A stretch of DNA of 64,000 bases from Macrostomum lignano (taxonomy: Eukaryota). Below, piece by piece: positions 1-13,100 of this stretch (positions are counted from its first letter, which is position 1; every line of letters begins with the position of its first letter). The position numbers and the translations under genes are program-made. The notes below the pieces were generated by a model. That model saw only the letters and a list, made by a program, of their open reading frames with translations. It made no database searches and was not told the origin of the DNA. The stretch lies in assembly GCA_002269645.1 (NCBI GenBank), contig NIVC01000399.1:1-64000 (forward strand). Direction: 5' to 3'.

Positions 1-1340
1 GGGAAAATTAAGGGCTGGGGAATGAGGAATAATCCGCTGCAGCAGAGAGAAAATTCAATTCCCATGATGGAGCTCAGTATAGAGTCTGCGCTTACACACT
101 GTATACAGGAGACTTTGGGGAAGAAAAAAAGCGAAGTTCAATAGGGAGTTAGTTGCCTTATAACATTTTCCATTCGACCAAGGACTTCTAGATAAGAAAC
201 ATCTGGACTAGAAAGCATTCTTGAAGATTTACAGTTAGGCTACGAATATTTTCGTGGTTTGCTCCAAACCAAACGCCTAATATCATAATTATCGTTACTA
301 CTATGGTCATGGAAGTCCTTGAATACTAAGCATGTTTTCATTTCAAACAGCAATAGTTATTATTTATTACAAATATTTCTAATTTTAAATTCTGTCATTT
401 CTAGGGCTAGACTGTAGAAGATTTGAATACTTGATTATAACTGAAGCTGACAACAGCATCTATTCCTGCTTCTGAGTCTTGAGCTTATAAGTTTAGCTCC
501 ACTCCAGATCCCACCTCAGGCCCAGTGCCCTATAGGACTCCATTACTTTCCTGTCATATTGGTATTGGGAAGCGGGAACAGAAAATGGAGGGTAATTTCG
601 CTTCGGGGTGGCTAGGGGTTGGTCGGCCAGGGTCCAAGGATGAAGCGGGGGTCTGGGTCGAATCTTATAGGTTCCGGAGGGTTCCGCCCGTCCGCCTGAT
701 CTGCTTCTCTCCCGCTCAGTCTGTCAGTCTGTCTCTGTTCCATCGTCTGAGAAAGACTTGGTTGGAGCCCTCAAGCTAGCCGGGGGTGGGGTGCGCTATA
801 CGCAATTTTCAGAGGGGCTTTGCATGGGTCTGGGAGATTCGCAGCCTGCCTGAAGCAGCGGCAGTAGCAGCAGCCGACCAGCCAACCAACTTGCAGCCTC
901 CGGCTTCACCTCCCACCCGCCGCCGTCCGTCGCCCCCCCGCCCCGACATCCCCAGAAGCAACAAGAGACGGAAAAGAGGCGGCGGGCGAGTTAGGAACCG
1001 GAGATCCTCAATTTAGGCCCTCTGTGTGTGTCTGTCTCTCTGTGTGTCGCTCCTCAGAGCCGAAAGCTCCACCTTAGCCCGAAGGCCCGCCGCGTCGCTC
1101 TCGCTGCCATTCTCTCTATCCCCTCAGCTGCAGCCGGCGCCCTCTTCCCCTGTATCAGTCCTCGGGCCATAGACAATTCAGCTGGACTTACCCAGCCTGC
1201 CTGTCTCTCTCTCTCCGTTCCTATCTGCCTCTGGGCCCTTTTCCTCTCTCGGCACTTATTTGCGGCCCTTTGTGTGCCCTCCCCTCCACTCGGCCATTCT
1301 TAACTTATAGGCTTATAATAGTTATTATAAATATAAAGAA

Positions 1341-1376
1341 ATGTCCTTTCTGGCTATTGACTCTAACGGCTGGCAG
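1341..1376 (+). CDS. TFAP2: AP-2 first coding exon ([12 protein letters not shown])
   Basis: ATG at 1341 and strong donor CAG|GTAAGG at 1376/1377, phase 0; resembles the vertebrate TFAP2A alternative N-terminus MSILAKMGDWQ that splices to DRH. Confidence 0.75.
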
Positions 1377-4300
1377 GTAAGGGTGTTGTTAAAAATTATT
1401 TTGTCTAATTATCAAAATATCAGGGGATGGATTCAATGGAAGTTTCTCGGGTTGGTGGCCAACTATATATTGTGACTCTTGTTGGGCCTATGCGATTTTT
1501 TACTGTGCTTGCTTCTCATAGTCATATCCGTAGAAGGGTTTTAACTATCTATCTTAACCCCGAATACAAAATTAAGTTAATTGACACTTTGCCTGTCTGT
1601 ATTATTATAACACTATACCGTGCTGTTTGTTCTATAGAAAATTATGATACACGAATATTAGCTCCCCAATGCTTGATGCCGCATGCAGCCTCCCTCGGTC
1701 GACGCTTTGTTTATTTTGCTGGACAGGTGGATAATTACAAGGGAGGGGGCATTGAGATATCTCTCAGCAGCCGCCGCAGCCTCACCATCAACCACATCCC
1801 CCCCACTGCGTGCGATCAAACACGATTGAATAACCAATGAACTAAGGCACTGGTTTACACAGATATCGGATAAGACGCCTTGAAAATATTCTCATAAATA
1901 TATGCTTATTGCTACATACAGTGAACGCCAAGTATTAGAGCTGCGGGATAGAAATTTGATATCTAAATGAGGCATCCTTTTAATAGGTCACCATTGCGTG
2001 GCGTGTGTTGGGGACCAACGGACGTCAGTTATAGTGACCATTAGTAAAAATAGGGCCCCTTCATTTAAAAAAAGCATCATCACTCAAACAGAGCACCATC
2101 ACTCACTCAAACAAAATAGCATCACGCAAACAGAACAGCTATCACTCAAGCAGAACAGCAATCACTCAAACAGAACAACATCACTCAAACAGAAAGCAAT
2201 CACTCAAACAGAACAACATCACTCAAACAGAACAACATCACTCAAACAGAACAACACCACTCAAACAGAACAACATCACTCAAACAGAACAACATCACTC
2301 AAACAGAACAACATCACTCAAACAGAACAGCATCACTCCAACAGAACAGCATCACTCAAACAGAACAACATCACTCAAACAGAACAGCATCACTCAAACA
2401 GAACAACATCACTCAAACAGAACAACATCACTCAAACAGAACATCACTCAAACAGAACAGCATCACTCAAACAGAACAGCATCACTCAAACAGAACAGCA
2501 TCACTCAAACAGAACAACATCACTCAAACAAAACAGCAATCACTCAAACAGAACAACATCACTCAAACAGAACAGCATCACTCAAACAGAACAGCATCAC
2601 TCAAACAGAACAGCATCACTCAAACAGAACAACATCACTCAAACAAAACAGCAATCACTCAAACAGAACAACATCACTCAAACAGAACAGCATCACTCAA
2701 ACAGAACAGCATCACTCAAACAGAACAACATCACTCAAACAGAACATCAACAACATCACTCAAACAGAACAACATCACTCAAACAGAACAACATCACTCA
2801 AACAAAACAGCATCACTCAAACAAAACAGCATCACTCAAACAGAACAGCATCACTCAAACAGAACAACATCACTCAAACAAAAAGCAATCACTCAAACAG
2901 AACAACATCACTCAAACAGAACAGCATCACTCAAACAGAACAGCATCACTCAAACAGAACAACATCACTCAAACAGAACATCAACAACATCACTCAAACA
3001 GAACAACATCACTCAAACAGAACAACATCACTCAAACAGAACACATCACTCAAACAGAACAACATCACTCAAACAGAACAGCATCACTCAAACAGAACAG
3101 CCATCACTCAAACAGAACAGCCATCACTCAAACAGAACAGCATCACTCAAACAGAACAACATCACTCAAACAGAACAGCCATCACTCAAACAGAACAGCC
3201 ATCACTCAAACAGAACAACATCACTCAAACAGAACAACATCACTCAAACAGAACAACATCACTCAAACAGAACAACATCACTCAAACAGAACAGCCATCA
3301 CTCAAACAGAACAGCCATCACTCAAACAGAACAGCCATCACTCAAACAGAACAGCCATCACTCAAACAGAACAACATCACTCAAACAGAACAGCCATCAC
3401 TCAAACAGAACAGCCATCACTCAAACAGAACAACATCACTCAAACAGAACAGCATCACTCAAACAGAACAACATCACTCAAACAGAACAACATCACTCAA
3501 ACAGAACAGCCATCACTCAAACAGAACAGCCATCACTCAAACAGAACAACATCACTCAAACAGAACAACATCACTCAAACAGAACAGCATCACTCAAACA
3601 GAACAACATCACTCAAACAGAACAACATCACTCAAACAGAACAACATCACTCAAACAGAACAGCCATCACTCAAACAGAACAGCCATCACTCAAACAGAA
3701 CAGCCATCACTCAAACAGAACAACATCACTCAAACAGAACAACATCACTCAAACAGAACAGCCATCACTCAAACAGAACAGCCATCACTCAAACAGAACA
3801 ACATCACTCAAACAGAACAACATCACTCAAACAGAACAGCATCACTCAAACAGAACAGCCATCACTCAAACAGAACAACATCACTCAAACAGAACAACAT
3901 CACTCAAACAGAACAGCCATCACTCAAACAGAACAGCCATCACTCAAACAGAACAACATCACTCAAACAGAACAACATCACTCAAACAGAACAGCCATCA
4001 CTCAAACAGAACAGCCATCACTCAAACAGAACAGCCATCACTCAAACAGAACAGCCATCACTCAAACAGAACAACATCACTCAAACAAAACAGCCATCAC
4101 TCAAACAGAACAGCCATCACTCAAACAGAACAGCCATCACTCAAACAGAACAACATCACTCAAACAGAACAACATCACTCAAACAGAACAGCATCACTCA
4201 AACAGAACAACATCACTCAAACAGAACAGCATCACTCAAACAGAACAGCATCACTCAAACAGAACAGCCATCACTCAAACAGAACAACATCACTCAAACA

Positions 4301-7082
4301 GAACAGCATCACTCAAACAGAACAGCATCACTCAAACAGAACAGCCATCACTCAAACAGAACAACATCACTCAAACAGAACAGCATCACTCAAACAGAAC
4401 AGCCATCACTCAAACAGAACAACATCACTCAAACAGAACAGCATCACTCAAACAGAACAACATCACTCAAACAGAACAACATCACTCAAACAGAACAGCC
4501 ATCACTCAAACAGAACAACATCACTCAAACAGAACAGCCATCACTCAAACAGAACAACATCACTCAAACAGAACAGCATCACTCAAACAGAACAGCCATC
4601 ACTCAAACAGAACAACATCACTCAAACAGAACAACATCACTCAAACAGAACAACATCACTCCAACACATTCTGCATTATTCATATCTGATACTTCAATCG
4701 AACCAATCATATTTAATAAACCATAATTGCCCTCATTAAATTCGCAGGGTTCCGGATTCTACAAGCACTACTACGGTGAAAAGGTAATTGTTGATTTATT
4801 TAAGACCATTAATTATTGTTAATTATTGTTCTGATCGATATATTCGCTGTCCCTGTGCACGCATAACTCCCATGCGCTGTTGGGCAGAGACAGAGCGGTG
4901 CTGCATGGCTCGGCCCCCAATGAGAGAGCGACGGGGAGTCGCAGCGGCAGCGGGTGACCAAGCAAATTTTTCTCTGTAGGATTAAAGATGTTGCTCCAGC
5001 CGCAGTTTCTTAGAAAACTAAAAACCCCAGCCTCTTATTCCTTGGCTCAACCTTGTCCGCCACCAAACTCTTCCTTTATCATCCGCCCCTACCGGATTCT
5101 CCCTGGTCCATCCTCCTTGGTCTACCCTCTCCTATCCCTCTCCGATTCACCCCTCTCCGATCCGCCCCTCTCCGATCCGCCCCTCTCCGATCCGCCCCTC
5201 TCCGATCCGCCCTCTCCGATCCGCCCCTCTCCGGTCCTCCCCTACCTGATCCGCCCCTCTCCGATCCGCCATTCCCAGATCCGCTCCTCCCCCAATCCGC
5301 CCCTGATAGAACTGCCCCTCCCAGATCCGCCCTCCCAGATCCGCCCCTCCCAGATCTGCCCCTCCCAGATCTGCCCCTCCCAGATCCGCCCCTCCCAGAT
5401 CCGCCCCTCCCAGATCCGCCCCTCCCAGATCCGCCCCTCCCAGATCTGCCCCTCCCAGATCCGCCCCTCCCAGATCCGCCCCTCCCAGATCCGCCCCTCC
5501 CAGATCCGCCCCTCCCAGATCCGCCCCTCCCAGATCCGCCCCTCCAAGATCCGCCCCTCCCAGATCCGCCCCTCCAGATCCGCCCCTCCCAGATCCGCCC
5601 CTCCCAGATCCGCCCCTCCCAGATCCGCCCCTCCCAGATCCGCCCCTCCCAGATCCGCCCCTCCCAGATCCGCCCCTCCCAGATCCGCCCCTCCCAGATC
5701 CGCCCTCCCAGATCCGCCCCTCCCAGATCCGCCCCTCCCAGATCCGCCCCTCCCAGATCCGCCCCTCCCAGATTCGCCCCTCCCAGATCCGCCTCTCCAG
5801 ATTCGCCCCTCCCAGATCCGCCCCTCCCAGATCCGCCTCCCCCAATCCGCCCATTCTCGAACCGCCCCTCCTTATCCTCCCTTATCCAACCTTACAAAGA
5901 TGGACATCGCCATAATGCAGCAACATCCAGGAACAGCCGGCAGATGTCTCAAAATGCCCCCAGCCCCTACCCAATCATTATTTTTTCACCTGTACCCGAT
6001 TGGATATTCGTTGACCTATAGTCCAGCTCGGCAAAAGTAAATTTGCTCAAACCTCGGTGTGCACGTGGAGTTGTTGCTCGAGAGCATCGTCTGTAACAGC
6101 AACCGCATGCTGCCCGTTCTGACCGATCAGAGGAGACTGCCATCAGCCTGTCAGCAAGCCGATTGGACTATTTTGTAATTGTGAGATAGAAAGGAGAGAG
6201 GATCTATTAAAGTATTGTGTGCCCTTTAGCGGTCATGGCATATCTATTGTTTGACAATATTAGACAATTGAATCCATTGGGCTTTGATATTATACAAACC
6301 TGGGATAGGAGAGAACAAGCAAGAGGATAACTAGGGACTATTATGTTAACTTAAGCTCATAAGGTGGAATCTCTACTTATCCTCTTGCTTGTTCTCTCCT
6401 TTCCTAGGTCCATTTTTGTCACTTTTTGCCAAATCCAGCTTCCTGGTGTCACTGTGAGCAGAGTGACGTATCATTTGTGTACATGGGTTACTCGGGCTCC
6501 ACCCTATGAGCATAAGGTGACAGGCCCTTTGAGCTTTCAATCTTCAGAATCTCGATCCGGAAGTCAAACATCTGCCTCATCATCATCCGGCACTTTTTCT
6601 TCCAGCTTAACAACACATCTCCACTTCAACAACGTCACACGCAGGACCGTCGCAGCGGCGAGCTGCACACTCTCGGTCTGGCCACCCCGGTGCCGCCGTT
6701 TGGCGCTCAAACCTCGACAGCGTCCGGCCATCATCATGCCTCAGCGTCCGCTGCAGCGGCGGCGGCAGCGGCGGCTGCAGCTGCTGCCACGGTTCCGCAG
6801 CAGAACCCAACCCAGCAGCAGCAGCAGCAACAACAACAGCCTCCGCCAACGGATTTCCAGCCTCCCTATTTCCCGCCGCCCTATCCGCATCATCACTCGC
6901 ACCAGCCGCATCAGCACTCGGTGGTGCCGGCTGAATTTCACGATCCCTGGCAACAATTTGCCAGCGCCAATGCCGTGGGCTACGGGTCATTGTACGGGCA
7001 CCCTGATCCTCACGGCTGCCGCGGCTACCAGACTGCCGCTGTTGCCACGGCCGCTCTGGCCGCCCGTGGAAGACACGAACTG

Positions 7083-7116
<34 letters not shown>

Positions 7117-10100
7117 AGCAGCAGATACATCAGCAGCAGCAGCAACTGCAGCAGCAACAGCAGCAGCAGCAGCAGCAGCAACAGCAATTGGAACAACTTG
7201 GTTTAGGCTTGTCCGTGCATAGCTTGGATAATCAGGTTAATTTTTTAATCATCGTTGGTTATGATTACATGTCGTCATCTGTTAATTTATATCTATAATC
7301 CATATTTACATTTGCAGTCAAGCCTGGAAGACAGCTCCTACATGTCGCCGGACCATGTTCTGACTCGACGGGGTAAGTTTTAGATACTATGATTTACCCT
7401 CGGATCCTGACACTTCTGACCCTCGGATCCTGACACTTCTGACCCTCGGATCCTGACCCTGTGACCCTAGTATCCTGACACTTCTGACCCTCGGATCCTG
7501 ACACTTTGGGACTCGGATCCTGACACTTCTGACCCTCGGATCCTAACACTTCTGACCCTTGAATCCTGACACTTCTGACCCTCGGATCCTGACACTTTTT
7601 ACCCTCGGATCCTGACACTTTTGGGACTCGGATCCTGACACTTCTGACACTCGGATCCTGACACTTCTGACCCTCGGATCCTGACACCTGTGACCCTAGT
7701 ATCCTGACACTTCTAGGACTCGAATCCTGACACTTCTGACCCTCGGATCCTAACACTTCTGACCCTAGTATCCTGACACTTTGGGACTCGGATCCTGACA
7801 CTTTGGGACTCGGATCCTGACACTTCTGACCCTCGGATCCTGACACTTTTTACCCTCGGATCCTGACACTTTTGGGACTCGTATCCTGACACTTCTGACC
7901 CTCGGATCCTGACACTTCTGACCCTCGGATCCTGACACTTCTGACCCTCGGATCCTGACACTTTTTACCCTCGGATCCTGACACTTTGGGACTCGGATCC
8001 TGACACTTTGGGACTCGGATCCTGACACTTCTGACCCTCGGATCCTGACACTTTTTACCCTCGGATCCTGACACTTTTGGGACTCGTATCCTGACACTTC
8101 TGACCCTCGGATCCTGACACTTCTGACCCTCGGATCCTGACACTTCTGACCCTCGGATCCTGACACTTCTGACCTTCGGATCCTGACACTTCTGACCTTC
8201 GGATCCTGACACTTCTGACCCTCGGATTCTGACACTTCTGACCCTCGGATCCTGACACTTCTGACCCTCGGATCCTGACCCTGTGACCCTAGTATCCTGA
8301 CACTTCTGACCCTCGGATTCTGACACTTTTGACTCTCGGATCCTGACACCTCGGACCCTCGGATCCTGACACTTTTCACTCTCGGATCCTGTCACTTTTG
8401 GGACCCAGATCCTGACACCTCTGACCCTTAGATATAGAAGCACTTCTTGTAAGTTCTACGTTTCGGCTCGCGAGTTCAGAACGGCTTTATGCAATAAATG
8501 GAGTAAAACTTTGCCATACTCCACTCCAAGACTCTGTATTTATGCACGTCTCTCCAGTGTCGGCTCTTTGTAATTCTGCTAATTCTCAACTAGGCCAGAC
8601 TCAGACTCAGATATAGGGATTTGGAAAACTTTCTGTGTGAGCCAAATGCCCTCGAGGCAGAACAAGTCTCTTTCCCTTGTCGGCGTCTATCCCTAGCACT
8701 CTGCAATCCGGCATTTAGAAACAGTCAGAGTTTCTTTTTTCCGCTTGACTTCACTCGAATCCTGCTCTTCAGCATCAATTCGAATCCCTAATCTCCAATT
8801 GTGCGCCAGATTATTCCCAGCTTAGCGATTCTGAAGGGCGGAGCCCTGCTGATTGTTGTATTTATTCCTCATCAGTAAGATTCAACTAACTGCAAATAAC
8901 AAGTTCTTGGGTGCGCTTGATGAAGCGAGTCTTGATTTGCCAGATTGCCAAGTTCGAAATCTCCATAAAACTGCTGCCAACTCGGATGAATATAACATTA
9001 GATACAGCTGTAGCAAGTTATTAGCAAACATGAGTCACATATGACACACCTAATACAACAGTCATTAGCAAACATGAGTCACATCTGACACACCTAATCC
9101 AACAGTCATTAGGCAGACATGGGTCACACCTCTGACACACCTAATCCAACAGTCATTAGCAAACATGAGTCACACCTCTGACACACCTAATCCAACAGTC
9201 ATTAGCAAACATGAGTCACATCTGACACACCTAATACAACAGTCATTAGCAAACATGAGTCACATCTGACACACCTAATCCAACAGTCATTAGCAAACAT
9301 GAGTCACATCTAACACACCTAATCCAACAGTCATTAGCAAACATGAGTCACACCTCTGACACACCTAATCCAACAGTCATTAGCAAACATGAGTCACATC
9401 TGACACACCTAATACAACAGTCATTAGCAAACATGAGTCACATCTGACACACCTAATCCAACAGTCATTAGCAAACATGAGTCACATCTAACACACCTAA
9501 TCCAACAGTCATTAGCAAACATGAGTCACATCTGACACACCTAATCCAACAGTCATTAGCAAACATGAGTCACATCTGACACATCTAATACAACAGAGTC
9601 ATTAGGCAGACATGAGTCACATCTGGCACACCTAATCCAACAGTCATTAGGCAGACATGAGTCACATCTGGCACACCTAATCCAACAGTCATTAGGCAGA
9701 CACGAGTCACACTTCTGACACACCTAATCCAACAGTCATTAGGCATGCACGAGTCACACCTCTGACACACCTAATCCAACAGTCATTAGGCAGACATGAG
9801 TCACATCTGGCACACCTAATCCAACAGTTATTAGGCATGCACGAGTCGCACCTCTGACACACCTAATACAACAAAAACATTGCCCTAAACGCTCAGGTAT
9901 GCGCACCAAGTCATCAACCGATTCAGCCACCGCAGCAGCCGCCGCAGCTGCCGCAGCTACCGCTGCCAAAGACATCCTACTGGGAGCGGGACTCGGCGCC
10001 CCATCGGATCTGTTCTGCTCCGTGCCTGGTCGTCTCAGCCTCCTGTCCAGCACCTCAAAGTACAAAGTGACAGTGGCGGAAATCCAACGTCGCCTGAGTC

Positions 10101-13100
10101 CACCAGAGTGCCTCAACGCCTCTCTGCTAGGCGGGGTTCTGCGACGGGCCAAGAGTAAAAACGGTGGCCGATCGTTGCGAGACAAGCTGGACAAAATCGG
10201 ACTGAATCTGCCGGCTGGAAGGCGGAAGGCGGCCACCGTGACTTTGCTGACTTCGCTAGTCGAAGGTGAGTCTGTGCGGGAACCTGATGGATGTCGGACT
10301 TTGAGTTTCCTGACGCTCGGACGGAAAAAAACTTTTTGGAGTCGGGACGGGATCTCAGGACAAGTCGGGACGGGATCTCGGGACAAGTCGGGACGGGATC
10401 TCGGGGTCAAGTCGGGACGAGATCTCGGGACAAGTCGGGACGAGATCTCGGGACAAGTCGGGACGGGATCTCGGGACAAGTCGGGACGGGATCTCGGGAC
10501 AAGTCGGGACGGGATCTCGGGACATGTCGGGACGAGATCTCGGGACAAGTCGGGACGGGATCTCGGGACAAGTCGGGACGGGATCTCGGGACAAGTCGGG
10601 ACGGGATCTCGGGACAAGTCGGGATGGGATCTCGGGACAAGTCTAGTATGTTCCAGATTACGGATAGCGGTGAATAGGGTTTTCGCCATAGACAATTTCA
10701 GTCAAGAAAAGCCCAATCTTTCGTGAGCATGCTAGATGCACCAGTGATACGACAAATTCACGTTCCCTTCAGGCCTCCAGCTGTCCTCAAAGAGACATTA
10801 CTAATCCAGTTCAAACCAAAAAAAATATTGGAAAAGAATCGAATGAAACCTTTTATTCACTTCCGCGTGTCAGCAGCTGGTGTCGGATTACCCGGAGCTC
10901 ACAGTTGCGCTGTCGAGGAGAGGAGAGCAGAAAGAATTAACAAGAGAGCGGGATTCTGAGTCGGCTTGAATTTCGCTCACTTCCCCCCGCCCTAGTAACC
11001 AGAGCAGTAAGCCTCCATACAGAGATGTATAAAGAGATTTTCAACTTGCTAAACTGATTACGGATAAAATCTTTGGTTAGAAATTCTTTATAACAGATTT
11101 TCGCCCCTACCAGATGAAATCCCCTTAGAAATATCCTGATAGGGTCTTCCCGGAGTGATCAAGTTTCTCTATTCTGAATCCCAGCTTCTTTTCAGCCGGC
11201 ACCTGATGGGCGCGCTAGCGGCGGTTGCCATGCACGCAAACTGACAATTCTCACTAAGGGTGCACAATATAGGATTGGGTTTTCAGTTCTGTGTGGCTAA
11301 CAGAGAGAATGTATATGAACTAGGGATTCATACAATATTGAACCCAGATTTTATTTGGACGTCATAAGACACTCTGGTTTGGCGCCATATGACACTCTAA
11401 GTTGGCGCTACATGACACTCTAAGTTGGCACCATATGAGTATGACACTCTGGTTTAGCGCCATATGACACTCTAAGTTGGCGCTACATGACACTCTAAGT
11501 TGGCGCCACATGACACTCTAAGTTGGCGCCACATGACACTCTAAGTTGGCGCCATATGACACTCTAAGTTGGCGCTACATGACACTCTAAGTTGGCGCCA
11601 CATGACACTCTAAGTTGGCGCCACATGACACTCTAAGTTGGCGCCACATGACACTCTAAGTTGGCGCCACATGACACTCTAAGTTGGCGCCACATGACAC
11701 TCTAAGTTGGCGCTACATGACACTCTAAGTTGGCGCCATATGACACTCTAAGTTGGCGCCATACGAGTATGATACTCTAAGTTGGCGCCACATGACGATC
11801 TAGTTAGGCGCCATATGGCATTATAATAAGGCGCCATATGACACTATAGTTAGGCGCCACGTGACACTAAGTTGGCGCCATATAACGTCGCCACATGACA
11901 CTCTAAGTTGGCGCCATATGACACTCTAAGTTGGCGCCACATGACACTCTAAGTTGGCGCCACATGACACTCTAAGTTGGCGCCATATGACACTCTAAGT
12001 TGGCGCTACATGACACTCTAAGTTGGCGCTACATGACACTCTAAGTTGGCGCCACATGACACTCTAAGTTGGCGCCACATGACACTCTAAGTTGGCGCCA
12101 CATGACACTCTAAGTTGGCGCTACATGACACTCTAAGTTGGTGCTACATGACACTCTAAGTTGGCGCTACATGACACTCTAAGTTGGCGCCACATGACAC
12201 TCTAAGTTGGCGCCACATGACACTCTAAGTTGGCGCCACATGACACTCTAAGTTGGTGCTACATGACACTCTAAGTTGGCGCTACATGACACTCTAAGTT
12301 GGCGCCATATGACACTCTAAGTTGGCGCCATACGAGTATGATACTCTAAGTTGGCGCCACATGACGATCTAGTTAGGCGCCATATGGCATTATAATAAGG
12401 CGCCATATGACACTATAGTTAGGCGCCACGTGACACTAAGTTGGCGCCATATAACGTCGCCACATGACACTCTAAGTTGGCGCCACATGACACTCTAAGT
12501 TGGCGCCACATGACACTCTAAGTTGGCGCCACATGACACTCTAAGTTGGTGCTACATGACACTCTAAGTTGGCGCTACATGACACTCTAAGTTGGCGCCA
12601 CATGACACTCTAAGTTGGCGCCACATGACACTCTAAGTTGGCGCCACATGACACTCTAAGTTGGTGCTACATGACACTCTAAGTTGGCGCTATATGATAC
12701 TGTAATTAGGCGCCATATGACACTCTAAGTTGGCGCCATATGACACTCTAAGTTGGCGCTACATGACACTCTAAGTTGGCGCCATATGACACTCTAAGTT
12801 GGCGCTACATGACACTCTAAGTTGGCGCCATATGACACTCTAATTGAAGCTCCACTCTATGAAGCTATGACACTATAAATAGGCGCCATATGACACTATA
12901 GTTAGGCGCCATATGACACTCTAAGTGGCGCCATATGACATTATAATAAGGCGCCATATGACACTATGGTGTCATATAGTTAGGCGCCATATGACACTAT
13001 AGTTAGGCGCCATATGACACTATAGTTAGGCGCCATATGACACTATAGTTAGGCGCCATATGACACTATAGTTAGGCGCCATATGGCACTATAGTTAGGC

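Noticed and set aside
525-1840. Short ORFs 525, 786, 1028 and 1427 as genes or viral remnants
   Set aside because: No recognisable motifs; they lie in the AP-2 upstream region and first intron.
1998-4739. 913-aa ORF and other long repetitive ORFs (7394-8443, 13633-14464, 22312-23027, 32077-32731, 40132-41090, 48585-49749, 54473-57406, 59386-62028)
   Set aside because: All are translations of mini- or microsatellites that lack stops in some frames; open on several frames and strands, with no domain content.
5147-5854. Pentapeptide-repeat protein (ADLGG)n
   Set aside because: Homogeneous 15-bp DNA unit with invariant synonymous sites, antisense in an AP-2 intron, no flanking domain.
6107-6178. 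Alternative AP-2 first exon MLPVLTDQ (vaguely like MLWKLTDN)
   Set aside because: The frame ends in TAA at 6176 with no phase 0 donor.
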